Of a DNA stretch of 64,000 bases, positions 1 to 8,944 are shown in pieces. The stretch is from an uncultured Clostridia bacterium (GTDB lineage: Bacteria > Bacillota > Clostridia > TANB77 > CAG-508), in assembly GCA_934120675.1 (NCBI GenBank), contig CAKOUU010000002.1, positions 37,455 through 101,454 on the forward strand, in the 5' to 3' direction. The stretch's first letter is position 1, and each line of letters starts with the position of its first letter. The position numbers and the translations under genes are program-made. Under the pieces are notes generated by a model. It was not told the DNA's origin. It searched no databases and saw only the letters and a program-made list of their open reading frames with translations.

Positions 1-696
1 CTAATTATTCAGTTTTTAAATGCCAATGGATATATTGTAAATATTGGAAAATCAAAAAATGTGTATGCATTAGATTCAATTGTTGCAGAGTATCAAGATA
101 TAAATGGAAATGTTGATAATATAAAAATAGAGATTAATTATATGAATAGAGTACATATTTTAGAAACAAAAAGGTTAAAAATAGATACAGATGTATTTGA
201 AGATAAAAACTTTAAAATTCATTGTGTTAACCCAATAGAAATTTATGCTACCAAAATATGTGCATTATTAAGTAGAACAACTGCAAGAGATTTATTTGAT
301 GTATATACATTAAGCAAATATAATTTATTTGATTATAAAGATAAAAAATTATTGAAACAATGTTTTTTGTTGGAATATATTGCAGTTAATAATTATACAT
401 TTGACGATATGAACATTGAAAGAATAGAAAGATTAGATAAACAAGATATAAAAACAAGGCTATTGCCTACGCTAAAAGATAGAAATCCAAGAAAAAGTAA
501 TATTGATGAAATGAAAAGATACGTAAAGGAATATTTAGAAGATATTTTGATTGTTGATGATAAAGCAAAAGAATTTTATGATAAATTTCAAAATGGAATT
601 TATGAGCCGGAATTATTATTTGCGGATGAAGAAATAATAAAGAGAGTAAAAGAACATCCAATGATTATATGGAAATTAGACCAAAAATTGAAATGA
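1..696 (+). CDS. AbiEii-family nucleotidyltransferase (type IV TA toxin / abortive infection); 5' end lies outside the window
   Basis: Frame 1 is open from base 1. Motif SRTTARDLFDVY is typical of DUF1814/AbiEii. The partner AbiEi would lie upstream of the window. Confidence 0.5.
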   Translation, partial: LIIQFLNANGYIVNIGKSKNVYALDSIVAEYQDINGNVDNIKIEINYMNRVHILETKRLKIDTDVFEDKNFKIHCVNPIEIYATKICALLSRTTARDLFDVYTLSKYNLFDYKDKKLLKQCFLLEYIAVNNYTFDDMNIERIERLDKQDIKTRLLPTLKDRNPRKSNIDEMKRYVKEYLEDILIVDDKAKEFYDKFQNGIYEPELLFADEEIIKRVKEHPMIIWKLDQKLK

Positions 697-883
697 TTAC
701 ACCGTACAAAAATTTGAAATTGTTAATTATTATTAAAAAAGAAAAAATTTTAATGATTTCTTGACCACTATACACATTTGGCTTATAATATGTGTATGGA
801 GGTCAAAAATTAAAATATATCTCCTTAAGTCATTATGAAAAAAATAATGTAAAAACGGAAAATTGATATTTTCCGTTTTGTTT

Positions 884-1390
884 CTATATCATCTTAAACC
901 AAATTTTTCTCTTTACAAATATATAAAAAGTTGAAATATCTCCTTTAGTAAATGTATTTTTCTCTAATAAAAAAGCATGGTCTTTATTGATATAAAGATA
1001 GAAAAAATCATTTGTCTCATATATTTTATACAACTTCCAATATTTTATTTTTTCAAAATTATTTGAATCAGAAATAGTAAAATATTTTTCATAAAACTTG
1101 AAAGTAAACTCTTTTTCTTTTTCAAACTTTTCTGTTTTTAATTCTTTTTTTACAAGACTAATTGGTTGAAAAAATCTATAAAGGCAGAAAACTAATAAAG
1201 CCAATAATAAGATAAATCCAGTAGTTTTATTTGCATACTTAAAGTTTGTAATAATACAAAAACATAATAGTACTATAATTAGTATGGTTATAAATCTATA
1301 TTTGGTTCCAAATTTATTTTGATGAAATTGTAAATATTTTGCATATGTCTCTTTTGTGTATTTTGTTTTGTTTTTATATAATACCTTCAT
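884..1390 (-). CDS. YcxB-like small membrane protein
   Basis: 168 aa with two central TM helices and a Lys-rich N-terminus. A hairpin terminator (aaaacggaaaattgatattttccgtttt, ~845-872) follows on the minus strand. Confidence 0.4.
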   Translation of the reverse strand: MKVLYKNKTKYTKETYAKYLQFHQNKFGTKYRFITILIIVLLCFCIITNFKYANKTTGFILLLALLVFCLYRFFQPISLVKKELKTEKFEKEKEFTFKFYEKYFTISDSNNFEKIKYWKLYKIYETNDFFYLYINKDHAFLLEKNTFTKGDISTFYIFVKRKIWFKMI

Positions 1391-1659
1391 TTTTTACTCC
1401 TTGTTTTTTGTATTATATCATATAAAATATTAATGTTAAAGTATTAATAATTGAAAAATTAAAATAAAAAAATTATATTTTAAAATATAGAAAATTGTAA
1501 CCAAAAAGTAATAAAAATGTAATAATTAGGGAAAAAATAGTTTCCGTAAAAGAAAAAAGGGGACTATTTTTTTATGACTAAAAATGCTATTTACAAAATT
1601 CTTTATATATGAAATGATATAGGTGTAAAAATATATGAGGATAGGGGCATTAGTTTTAT

Positions 1660-4218
1660 ATGAAAAAAAATAAAATTGTAGCATTAATAGTTTTAGGAAT
1701 AATATTATTGCAAATAGTAATACCATCATTAGCAGATATAGATTGGAATGTTGTATTTGCAGAAGAGATAAATACATGGGATATATCACAAAATGGAGAT
1801 GGAAGTGTAATGGCAACACTTTCAGATGATGGAACATTGACTATTTCTGGTAATGGAGAAATGGAGCACTGGAGAAATAGTTACGTTGTGGCTTGGGATA
1901 GTAATAGGAAAAATATAAAAAATGTTATAATAAATAATGGGGTAACCAGTATAGGAAATTTTGCATTTTCTGATTGTACAAGTTTAACAAATATAACAAT
2001 ACCAAATAGTGTAACAAGTATAGGAGATTATGCATTTTATGGTTGTGAAAATTTAATAAATATAACAATACCAAATAGTGTGACAAGTATAGGAAATTTT
2101 GCATTTTGTATGTGTACAAGTTTAACGAGTATAAACGTTGATTCTAATAATGAAAAATATATGAGTGATAATGGAGTTTTGTATACAAAGGACAAAAAGA
2201 CTTTAATACAATATCCTAGCAAAAAAGAGAAAACAGAATATATTATTTTACAAGGAACGACAAGTATAGAAAATTATGCATTTCATTATTGTACAAATTT
2301 AACAAATATAACAATACCAAATAGTGTGACAAGTATAGGAGATGATGCGTTTTATATTTGTACAAATTTAATAAATATAACAATACCAAATAGTGTGACA
2401 AGTATAGGATATCGTGCATTTTATTTATGTAAAAGTTTAACAAATATAACAATACCAGATGGTGTGATAAGTATAAAAAATCAGACATTTTATTGTTGTG
2501 AAAGTTTAACAAGGCTAATAATACCAAGTAGTGTGATAAGTATAGGAGATTATGCATTTCATTATTGTACAAATTTAACAAATATAACAATACCAAATAG
2601 TGTGACAAGTATAGGAGATAATGCATTTTATGGTTGTGAAAATTTAATAAATATAACAATACCAAATAGTGTGACAAGTATAGGAAATGATGTATTTAAC
2701 GGTTGTATAAGTTTAACAAGTATAAATGTCGATTCTAATAATGAAAAATATATGAGTGATAATGGAGTTTTGTACACAAAAGACAAAAAGATTTTAATAC
2801 AATATCCTGGCAAGAAAGAGGGAACGGAATATCTTATTTTGCAAGGAGTAGAAAGTATAGAAGATTATGCATTTTGGGGTTGTGGGAATTTAACCAATAT
2901 AATAATACCAAATGGTGTGACAAGTATAGGAGATTCTGCATTTTATAGGTGTACAAGTTTAACCAATATAACAATACCAAATAGTGTGACAAGTATAGGA
3001 GATTATGCATTTTGGTATTGTAATTTAAAAAATATAACAATACCAAATGGTGTGACAAGTATAGGATATTCTGCATTTTATAGTTGTACAAGTTTAACAA
3101 ATATAACAATACCAAATAGTGTGACAAGTATAGGAGATTTTGCATTTAATGAATGTACAAGTTTAACAAATATAGCAATACCAGATAGTGTGACAAGTAT
3201 AGGTGATCATGCGTTTTATAAGTGTGACAGTTTATCAGTATTATGCAAAAGTAATTCATATGCAGAACAATATGCAAAAGAAAATAATATTAAATATGTT
3301 ATAGATGATTCTGTGCCAACAATAAAAAATGTAACAGGAAATGAAAAATGGACCAAGGACAAGGTAATATTAATAGTAAATGCAGAAGATAGTTTATCAG
3401 GACTAGCAACTGAAGCATATAGTTTTGATAATGGGCAAACATGGCAGAAAGAGAATACAAAAACATATACAGAAAATATACAAGGAGTAATAATAAAAGT
3501 AAGAGATGCAGTTGGAAATATAGCAACACAAGAAATAGGAACAATAAAAATAGATAACCAAGCGCCAACAATAAAAAGTATAACCGGAAACCCAACACAA
3601 TGGACTAAAGACAAAGTAATATTAACAATAAGTGCAGAAGATAGTTTATCAGGGCTAGCAACTGAAGCATATAGTTTTGATAATGGGCAAACATGGCAGA
3701 AAGAGAATACTAAAACATATACAGAAAATACACAAGGAATTATTATAAAAGTAAGAGATGCAGTTGGAAATGTTGCAACATATAAAACAATAGACATAAA
3801 TAATATATTAAAAATAGAAATTAGTAATTATGAAAAAATAACAAAAGATAATAATGAGTACTTAACAAAAATAGAGGCAAATACAACGATAGCACAATTA
3901 AAAGAAAAAATAAAAACAAATGGAACAATAAAAGTTTTAAAAGACAACAATGAAATAACAGATACAAATACACTTGTAGGAACAGGAATGCAAATACAAA
4001 TAGAAACAGAAAAATATATAGCAATAGTAAAAGCAGATTTAAATGGAGACGGAAAAATTGGATTAAGTGATTTATCAAACATAAAATTTAGTTTGATAGG
4101 AAAAAAACAACTAAGTATAGAAGCACAAATGGCAGGAGACATCAATGGAGACGAAAAAGTATCATTAAGTGATATGGCTAAATTAAAAATGTATTTGGTA
4201 GGAAAAGCAAATATATAA
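1660..4218 (+). CDS. Cell-surface leucine-rich-repeat (BspA-type) protein with two Ig-like repeats and a C-terminal type-I dockerin
   Basis: Signal peptide. About 17 tandem 23-aa LRR units (NITIPNSVTSIGDYAFYGC...). Two ~90-aa repeats (SLSGLATEAYSFDNGQTWQKENTKTYTEN). C-terminus carries two Ca-binding loops, DLNGDGKIGLSD and DINGDEKVSLSD. Confidence 0.75.
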   Translation: MKKNKIVALIVLGIILLQIVIPSLADIDWNVVFAEEINTWDISQNGDGSVMATLSDDGTLTISGNGEMEHWRNSYVVAWDSNRKNIKNVIINNGVTSIGNFAFSDCTSLTNITIPNSVTSIGDYAFYGCENLINITIPNSVTSIGNFAFCMCTSLTSINVDSNNEKYMSDNGVLYTKDKKTLIQYPSKKEKTEYIILQGTTSIENYAFHYCTNLTNITIPNSVTSIGDDAFYICTNLINITIPNSVTSIGYRAFYLCKSLTNITIPDGVISIKNQTFYCCESLTRLIIPSSVISIGDYAFHYCTNLTNITIPNSVTSIGDNAFYGCENLINITIPNSVTSIGNDVFNGCISLTSINVDSNNEKYMSDNGVLYTKDKKILIQYPGKKEGTEYLILQGVESIEDYAFWGCGNLTNIIIPNGVTSIGDSAFYRCTSLTNITIPNSVTSIGDYAFWYCNLKNITIPNGVTSIGYSAFYSCTSLTNITIPNSVTSIGDFAFNECTSLTNIAIPDSVTSIGDHAFYKCDSLSVLCKSNSYAEQYAKENNIKYVIDDSVPTIKNVTGNEKWTKDKVILIVNAEDSLSGLATEAYSFDNGQTWQKENTKTYTENIQGVIIKVRDAVGNIATQEIGTIKIDNQAPTIKSITGNPTQWTKDKVILTISAEDSLSGLATEAYSFDNGQTWQKENTKTYTENTQGIIIKVRDAVGNVATYKTIDINNILKIEISNYEKITKDNNEYLTKIEANTTIAQLKEKIKTNGTIKVLKDNNEITDTNTLVGTGMQIQIETEKYIAIVKADLNGDGKIGLSDLSNIKFSLIGKKQLSIEAQMAGDINGDEKVSLSDMAKLKMYLVGKANI
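1925..3200 (+). repeat. Tandem 69-nt LRR coding repeats, with a longer internal duplication (approx 2101-2230 vs 2695-2820)
   Basis: The repeated nucleotide string ataacaataccaaatagtgtgacaagtatagga recurs with a 69-nt period. Antisense ORFs 1925-3145 are artefacts of this periodicity. Confidence 0.7.
3292..3830 (+). repeat. Two tandem ~270-nt Ig-like-domain coding repeats inside the LRR gene
   Basis: Near-identical blocks ...gataatgggcaaacatggcagaaagagaatac... occur at 3420 and 3660. Confidence 0.7.
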
Positions 4219-4319
4219 TTTTTTATCCAAAATTTTGTAAAAAATTTATAAAAAACATTGATAGAAAAAAATAAGTATGATATTATTGGTGTAATTATTA
4301 TACAAAAGGAGAAAAAAAT

Positions 4320-5141
4320 ATGAAAATTAGAAAAAATTTAATCACAATTTTACTTGTATTAAGCACAATAATGTTAGTGTGTAGTACGAATGTTAGTAAT
4401 GCAGCAGATAATGCAAAAATAGGTTTAACTGCAGATAAAACAGAAGCGGTAGCAGGTGATACTGTAAAAATCACTGTAAAAGTAAAGGATATTACAGGAA
4501 TTACAGATGGAATTATAGGATTACAGGGAAATTTGGTATATGATAATACAATATTCGAAAGTGTTACATTTGCAAATTTAAATAATTGGGATAAACCTGA
4601 TTATAATGAAACTAGTGGAAGTTTCTTAACAGCAAAAGGAGATTTTGTTAAAAATGATGAGGATGTTTTTACAATTTCATTAAAATTAAAAAGTGATGCT
4701 AAACTGGGGGATACAAAAGTTCAATTAAAAGATATACAAGTAGCAGATTTAGACAAGGAATATACATCTACTGGTGCGGAAATTACAATAAAAGTAGTAG
4801 AAAAATCTATAACAGATGATGATAAAGGAAACTCAAACGACAAAGGAAATACCGATAACGGTGGAAACTCAAATGACAAAGGAAATACTGATAACGGTGG
4901 AAACTCAAATGATAAGGAAAGCACTGATAATGATGGAAAATCAAATGGTGGAAGTTCACAAGACAGTGGAACACCAACAACAGGTGATTCAACTACAAAG
5001 AAAACTGATGATACAACAAGCAAGGGCGTATTACCTAAAACAGGTTTAAATGGTAACATTTTAGTTATTGCAGGTATGGTTTTCGTATTAATAGGTGCTA
5101 TTTCATATAGTAAATATAAGGACTATAAAAAAATAAAATAA
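4320..5141 (+). CDS. Cohesin-domain protein with Gly/Asn/Asp-rich linker and LPXTG sortase anchor
   Basis: Signal peptide. A ~140-aa beta-rich module (KIGLTADKTEAVAGDTVKITVKV...) resembles type-I cohesin. LPKTG is followed by a hydrophobic stretch and a KYKDYKKIK tail. The gene sits next to the dockerin protein. Confidence 0.6.
   Translation: MKIRKNLITILLVLSTIMLVCSTNVSNAADNAKIGLTADKTEAVAGDTVKITVKVKDITGITDGIIGLQGNLVYDNTIFESVTFANLNNWDKPDYNETSGSFLTAKGDFVKNDEDVFTISLKLKSDAKLGDTKVQLKDIQVADLDKEYTSTGAEITIKVVEKSITDDDKGNSNDKGNTDNGGNSNDKGNTDNGGNSNDKESTDNDGKSNGGSSQDSGTPTTGDSTTKKTDDTTSKGVLPKTGLNGNILVIAGMVFVLIGAISYSKYKDYKKIK
4827..4934 (+). repeat. 36-nt x3 tandem coding repeat (GNSNDKGNTDNG) in the cohesin-protein linker
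   Basis: ggaaactcaaa(c/t)gacaaaggaaata(c/t)(c/t)gataacggt appears three times. Confidence 0.7.
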
Positions 5142-5154
5142 AATATTCAAACTA

Positions 5155-5184
5155 TTGACAATATACCCCATAATAATGTATAAT
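5155..5184 (+). promoter_or_regulatory. Sigma-A-like promoter upstream of rpsU
   Basis: TTGACA at 5155-5160 and TATAAT at 5179-5184 with an 18-nt spacer. Confidence 0.4.
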
Positions 5185-5258
5185 GAGTAACGTATATAGG
5201 GTAAGAAAAGAAAAAATCCCACATACATTTTCGTATGACCGGAAGGAGGGGAATATAA

Positions 5259-5429
5259 ATGTCAGAAATTAAAGTTAATAATGGAAATATAGAAGATGCC
5301 TTAAAAAGGTTTAAAAGACAATGTGCTCGTAACGGAGTTTTACAAGAAGTTCGTAAAAGAGAACACTATGAAAAACCAAGTGTAAAAAGAAAGAAAAAAT
5401 CAGAGGCAGCAAGAAAAAGAAAATTTTAA
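5259..5429 (+). CDS. rpsU: 30S ribosomal protein S21
   Basis: Translates to [56 protein letters not shown] (56 aa). RBS ggaaggaggg upstream. Absent from the ORF track because it is under 60 aa. Confidence 0.9.
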   Translation: MSEIKVNNGNIEDALKRFKRQCARNGVLQEVRKREHYEKPSVKRKKKSEAARKRKF

Positions 5430-5441
5430 TTACATAGTGAA

Positions 5442-5490
5442 AGGTAGAAGTTTATATGGTAGTAGTATATCTAGAACTTCTGCCTTTTTT
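5442..5490 (+). terminator. Rho-independent terminator of rpsU
   Basis: Stem aggtagaagtt ... gaacttctgcc followed by tttttt. Confidence 0.6.
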
Positions 5491-5535
5491 GTATTAAAAA
5501 AATTTTTTGGGATAAAATAGAAATGGAAATAAAAA

Positions 5536-5562
5536 GGGATTGGAGACCCGTCCCCCAATCCC
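5536..5562 (-). repeat. Copy A of a 27-nt GC-rich hairpin repeat (GGGATTGGGGGAC.GGTCTC.AATCCC)
   Basis: gggattggagacccgtcccccaatccc. Folds best as a minus-strand transcript (G-U pairs, then a U-tract). It is an orphan here, ~60 nt past the rpsU terminator. Confidence 0.5.
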
Positions 5563-5606
5563 TAAAAAATTTGATATAGAAATGCAAAAGAAGGGAATGA
5601 TAATTA

Positions 5607-6875
5607 GTGGAATATAAACAAATAGAGATAAAAAAAGGAATCAAACTTCATACAATTAAAACTGAAAAGTTCAAAACGAATTTGATAGCAATAATGCTAA
5701 CAACAAAATTAGACAGAGAAAATGTTACAAAAAATGCGTTAATACCAGCGGTTTTAAGAAGAGGTACAAAGAACTTAACAACACAAGAGGAAATTAACAA
5801 GAAGTTAGAAGAAATGTATGGAGCAAGTTTGGATTGTGGGCTTGATAAAACAGGAGATAATCAGGTTTTGAAATTTTATATAGAAACAGTAAATGATGAA
5901 TTTTTACCACAAGAAGCGGAAAATATGTTGAAAATATCTTTAGAAAAGATATTTGAATTTGTATTTAATCCATATCTAGAAAATGGATGCTTTAAAAAAG
6001 AATATGTGGAGCAAGAAAAAGAAAATATAAAACAAATTATAGATGGAAAGATAGACAACAAGGCAAGATATTCACTGGATAGATGTATAGAAGAAATGTA
6101 CAAAGACCAGCCATATGGTCTCTATAAATATGGATATGTAGAAGATATGAAAGACATTAATGAAAAAAATCTATATGAATATTATCAACAATTAATAAAT
6201 GAATGTAAAATTGATATTTTTGTATCTGGAATAATAGACGAGGAAACTGAAAATATAATAAAAAATAATGAAAACATTATTAAATTAAAAGATAGAGAAC
6301 CACAATATAATGAACCAGAAATTATAGCAAAGAAATCAGAGAAAGTGAATGATGTTCAAGAATCAATGGATGTAACACAGGGAAAACTTATTATTGGAAT
6401 GGATTTAGACATTGATGATGACAATTTAAGATTTGATGTAATGATTTATAATAGTATTTTTGGTGGAAGTGCAAATTCAAAATTATTCCAAAATGTGCGT
6501 GAAAAGGCAAGCCTTGCATATACAGCAAGTTCAAGTTATTATAGATTTAAAAATAACATTTTTATTAATTGCGGAATTGAAATTAAAAACTATGAAAAAG
6601 CATTAGAAATAATAAAACAACAGATTGAAGATATGAAAAAAGGTGATTTCACAGATGAAGAGGTTGAAAATGCTAAAAAAGGAATAATAGCATCAATTAA
6701 AACAATTGATGATGAACAGGATACTGAAATAACATATTTCTTTGGTCAAGAGTTATCAAAGAGTAAGTGTAATATTGAACAATATATGCAGAGAATATCT
6801 GAGGTTACTAAAGATAAGGTTGTTGATGTTGCTAATAAAGTTAGTGTTAATACTGTATATTTCTTAAAGGACTAG
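5607..6875 (+). CDS. M16-family peptidase, non-catalytic (no HxxEH) partner subunit
   Basis: 422 aa, pitrilysin-like fold. Paired with the HxxEH-containing gene downstream. Confidence 0.65.
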   Translation: MEYKQIEIKKGIKLHTIKTEKFKTNLIAIMLTTKLDRENVTKNALIPAVLRRGTKNLTTQEEINKKLEEMYGASLDCGLDKTGDNQVLKFYIETVNDEFLPQEAENMLKISLEKIFEFVFNPYLENGCFKKEYVEQEKENIKQIIDGKIDNKARYSLDRCIEEMYKDQPYGLYKYGYVEDMKDINEKNLYEYYQQLINECKIDIFVSGIIDEETENIIKNNENIIKLKDREPQYNEPEIIAKKSEKVNDVQESMDVTQGKLIIGMDLDIDDDNLRFDVMIYNSIFGGSANSKLFQNVREKASLAYTASSSYYRFKNNIFINCGIEIKNYEKALEIIKQQIEDMKKGDFTDEEVENAKKGIIASIKTIDDEQDTEITYFFGQELSKSKCNIEQYMQRISEVTKDKVVDVANKVSVNTVYFLKD

Positions 6876-7032
6876 TTGAAAAATAATTATAATTTTGACT
6901 GTGTCAATTTTTATTTAAAACGCGGTTACATACAACATGTATGCACCCTTGCCTTTTAAATAAAAGTTTCCGTGTCAAAATTTAATTCTTTTCTAACTAA
7001 AGAATATATAAGTTGAGAGGAGAACGAGAAAA

Positions 7033-8304
7033 ATGCAAATAATTGAGAATTCAAAAGTTAAAGAAAAATTATATATAGAGAAATTAGAAAACGGCTTAAC
7101 AGTAATGATAATTCCTAAAAAAGGAATCCAGAAAAAATATATTATATGGGGAACAAACTATGGTTCAAATGATAATAAATTTATAGTACCAGGAGAAACA
7201 GAAATTACAGAAGTACCAAAAGGTGTAGCACATTTTCTGGAACACAAAATGTTTGAACAAGAAAATGGCAAAAATAGTTTGGATGTACTTACTGCACTAG
7301 GTGTTAATGCAAACGCATATACAACAAATAATCATACAGCATATTTATATGAGTGTACAGACAATTTTTATGAGGCATTGGATGAATTTATGGACTATGT
7401 TCAACATCCATATTTTACAGATGAAAATGTTGAAAAAGAAAAGGGCATAATTGGTCAAGAAATTATGATGTATGACGATTATCCAGACTGGAAAGTGTAT
7501 TTAAATGCATTAGAGTGTATGTATCAAAAACATCCTGTAAAACTTGATATTACTGGAACTGTTGAAACAATAAGTCATATTGATAAAGGTATTTTATATA
7601 AATGTTATAATACTTTCTATAACCCATCAAATATGGCAATGGTTGTATCTGGAGACTTTGAACCAGAAAAATTATTAGAAGAAATAAAGAAAAGATTAAT
7701 TGACAAAAAAGCAAATGGTGAAATAAAGAGGATTTTTGAAGAAGAACCAAAAGAAATTGTAAAAGAAAAAGTAACTCAAAATATGGAAGTTAGTAAACCA
7801 CTTTATGCAATTGGAATAAAAGATACGCCAGCTGAACCAAAAGAAAAAGTTAAAAAACATATTTCAATAGAAATATTGTTAAACCTACTAATTGGAGCAA
7901 GTTCAGAGCTGTATAAAAAATTATATGATATGGGAAATTGTTTCTCAGTACCAAGTATTGAATATGAATTTGATAGAAATTATGCACATATTTTGATAAT
8001 AGGACAATCAAATGAACCAGAAGAATTGTATAAAATGTTCAAAGAAGAAGTTGGAAAATTTATACAAAAAGGTGTAAATGAAGAAGATTTTGTAAGAACT
8101 AAAAAAATGATTTATGGTGAATATGTAAAAGAATATGACGATGTTGTCAATATTTCTAGAATGTTTTTGTCAGATTATTTTAAAGGTATAAATAGTTTTG
8201 ACTATTTAGAAGAAATAAACACTATAAATGTAGAATATTTAAATCAAGTGTTAAAAGATGTGTTTAATGAAAAAAATATGATATTATCTGTTGTAAAAAA
8301 TTAG
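7033..8304 (+). CDS. M16-family zinc peptidase (insulinase-like), catalytic subunit
   Basis: HFLEHKMFE zinc-binding HxxEH motif. 423 aa. Confidence 0.8.
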   Translation: MQIIENSKVKEKLYIEKLENGLTVMIIPKKGIQKKYIIWGTNYGSNDNKFIVPGETEITEVPKGVAHFLEHKMFEQENGKNSLDVLTALGVNANAYTTNNHTAYLYECTDNFYEALDEFMDYVQHPYFTDENVEKEKGIIGQEIMMYDDYPDWKVYLNALECMYQKHPVKLDITGTVETISHIDKGILYKCYNTFYNPSNMAMVVSGDFEPEKLLEEIKKRLIDKKANGEIKRIFEEEPKEIVKEKVTQNMEVSKPLYAIGIKDTPAEPKEKVKKHISIEILLNLLIGASSELYKKLYDMGNCFSVPSIEYEFDRNYAHILIIGQSNEPEELYKMFKEEVGKFIQKGVNEEDFVRTKKMIYGEYVKEYDDVVNISRMFLSDYFKGINSFDYLEEINTINVEYLNQVLKDVFNEKNMILSVVKN

Positions 8305-8325
8305 ATAAAAATTTTGTTGAATGAA

Positions 8326-8366
8326 CAGCATAAAAATTGAAAAAGATTTTATGCTGTTTTCTTTTG
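8326..8366 (+). terminator. Rho-independent terminator after the M16 pair
   Basis: Stem acagcataaaa / ttttatgctgt followed by a T-tract. Confidence 0.55.
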
Positions 8367-8501
8367 ATTTTCTGTGTCGAATAATGTTGAAAATACTTGT
8401 ACGAAAGTTGCTAAAAACCGTTGAAAATACTTGACTTGAAGATTTTTATATGTTATTTTATAAATATACGAATGAGAAAAATTGAAAAAGGAGAGATTAG
8501 T

Positions 8502-8663
8502 ATGTTAAATGAAGAAATTTGTAAATTAAGAGATAAATTGAATAAGAGTATCGAAAATGGTGATGATTATTCTATTACATATAAATTAAGTATTGAGTTG
8601 GATGAGCTTATTGCAAAATTTTATAGAGATAGTAAAAAGACTTGTGATAATGCAAAAGTATAA
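8502..8663 (+). CDS. Spo0E-family aspartyl-phosphate phosphatase-like small protein
   Basis: MLNEEICKLRDKLNKSIENGDDYSITYKLSIELDELIAKFY has a Spo0E-like helix-loop-helix. RBS aaaggagag upstream. A TGTCGAA (0A-box-like) heptamer lies at 8375-8381. Confidence 0.5.
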   Translation: MLNEEICKLRDKLNKSIENGDDYSITYKLSIELDELIAKFYRDSKKTCDNAKV

Positions 8664-8944
8664 TGAGATAAGAAGTTTTGACAGAAAAATTGTTGAAACT
8701 TTTTTCTTTTTCTTTCCCTTGCTAAAACCACAAAAATATTATATAATAGTATATCAAGAAAAGGAGTTACTTAAAAAATAATTACAATTTTTTTTAAGTA
8801 GTTTTTATATTCTAGGAAAGTTATCATAGTATGATAACTTTCTGTAGAAGATAAATATGGCAGAAATTAGATTTTGTAGCAGTTTGCACTGCGTACAAAA
8901 TCTTAATTCTGGTTTTTTACAATGGGAAGGGAATGAAATTTTAA

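Noticed and set aside
1925-3200. CRISPR-like regular repeats
   Set aside because: The repeats are coding LRR units within one ORF. They are not short direct repeats with unique spacers, and no cas genes are present.
1925-4145. Many minus-strand ORFs (61-193 aa) inside the LRR gene
   Set aside because: Low-complexity antisense translations of the 69-nt periodic repeat. They have no RBS and lie fully within a well-supported CDS.
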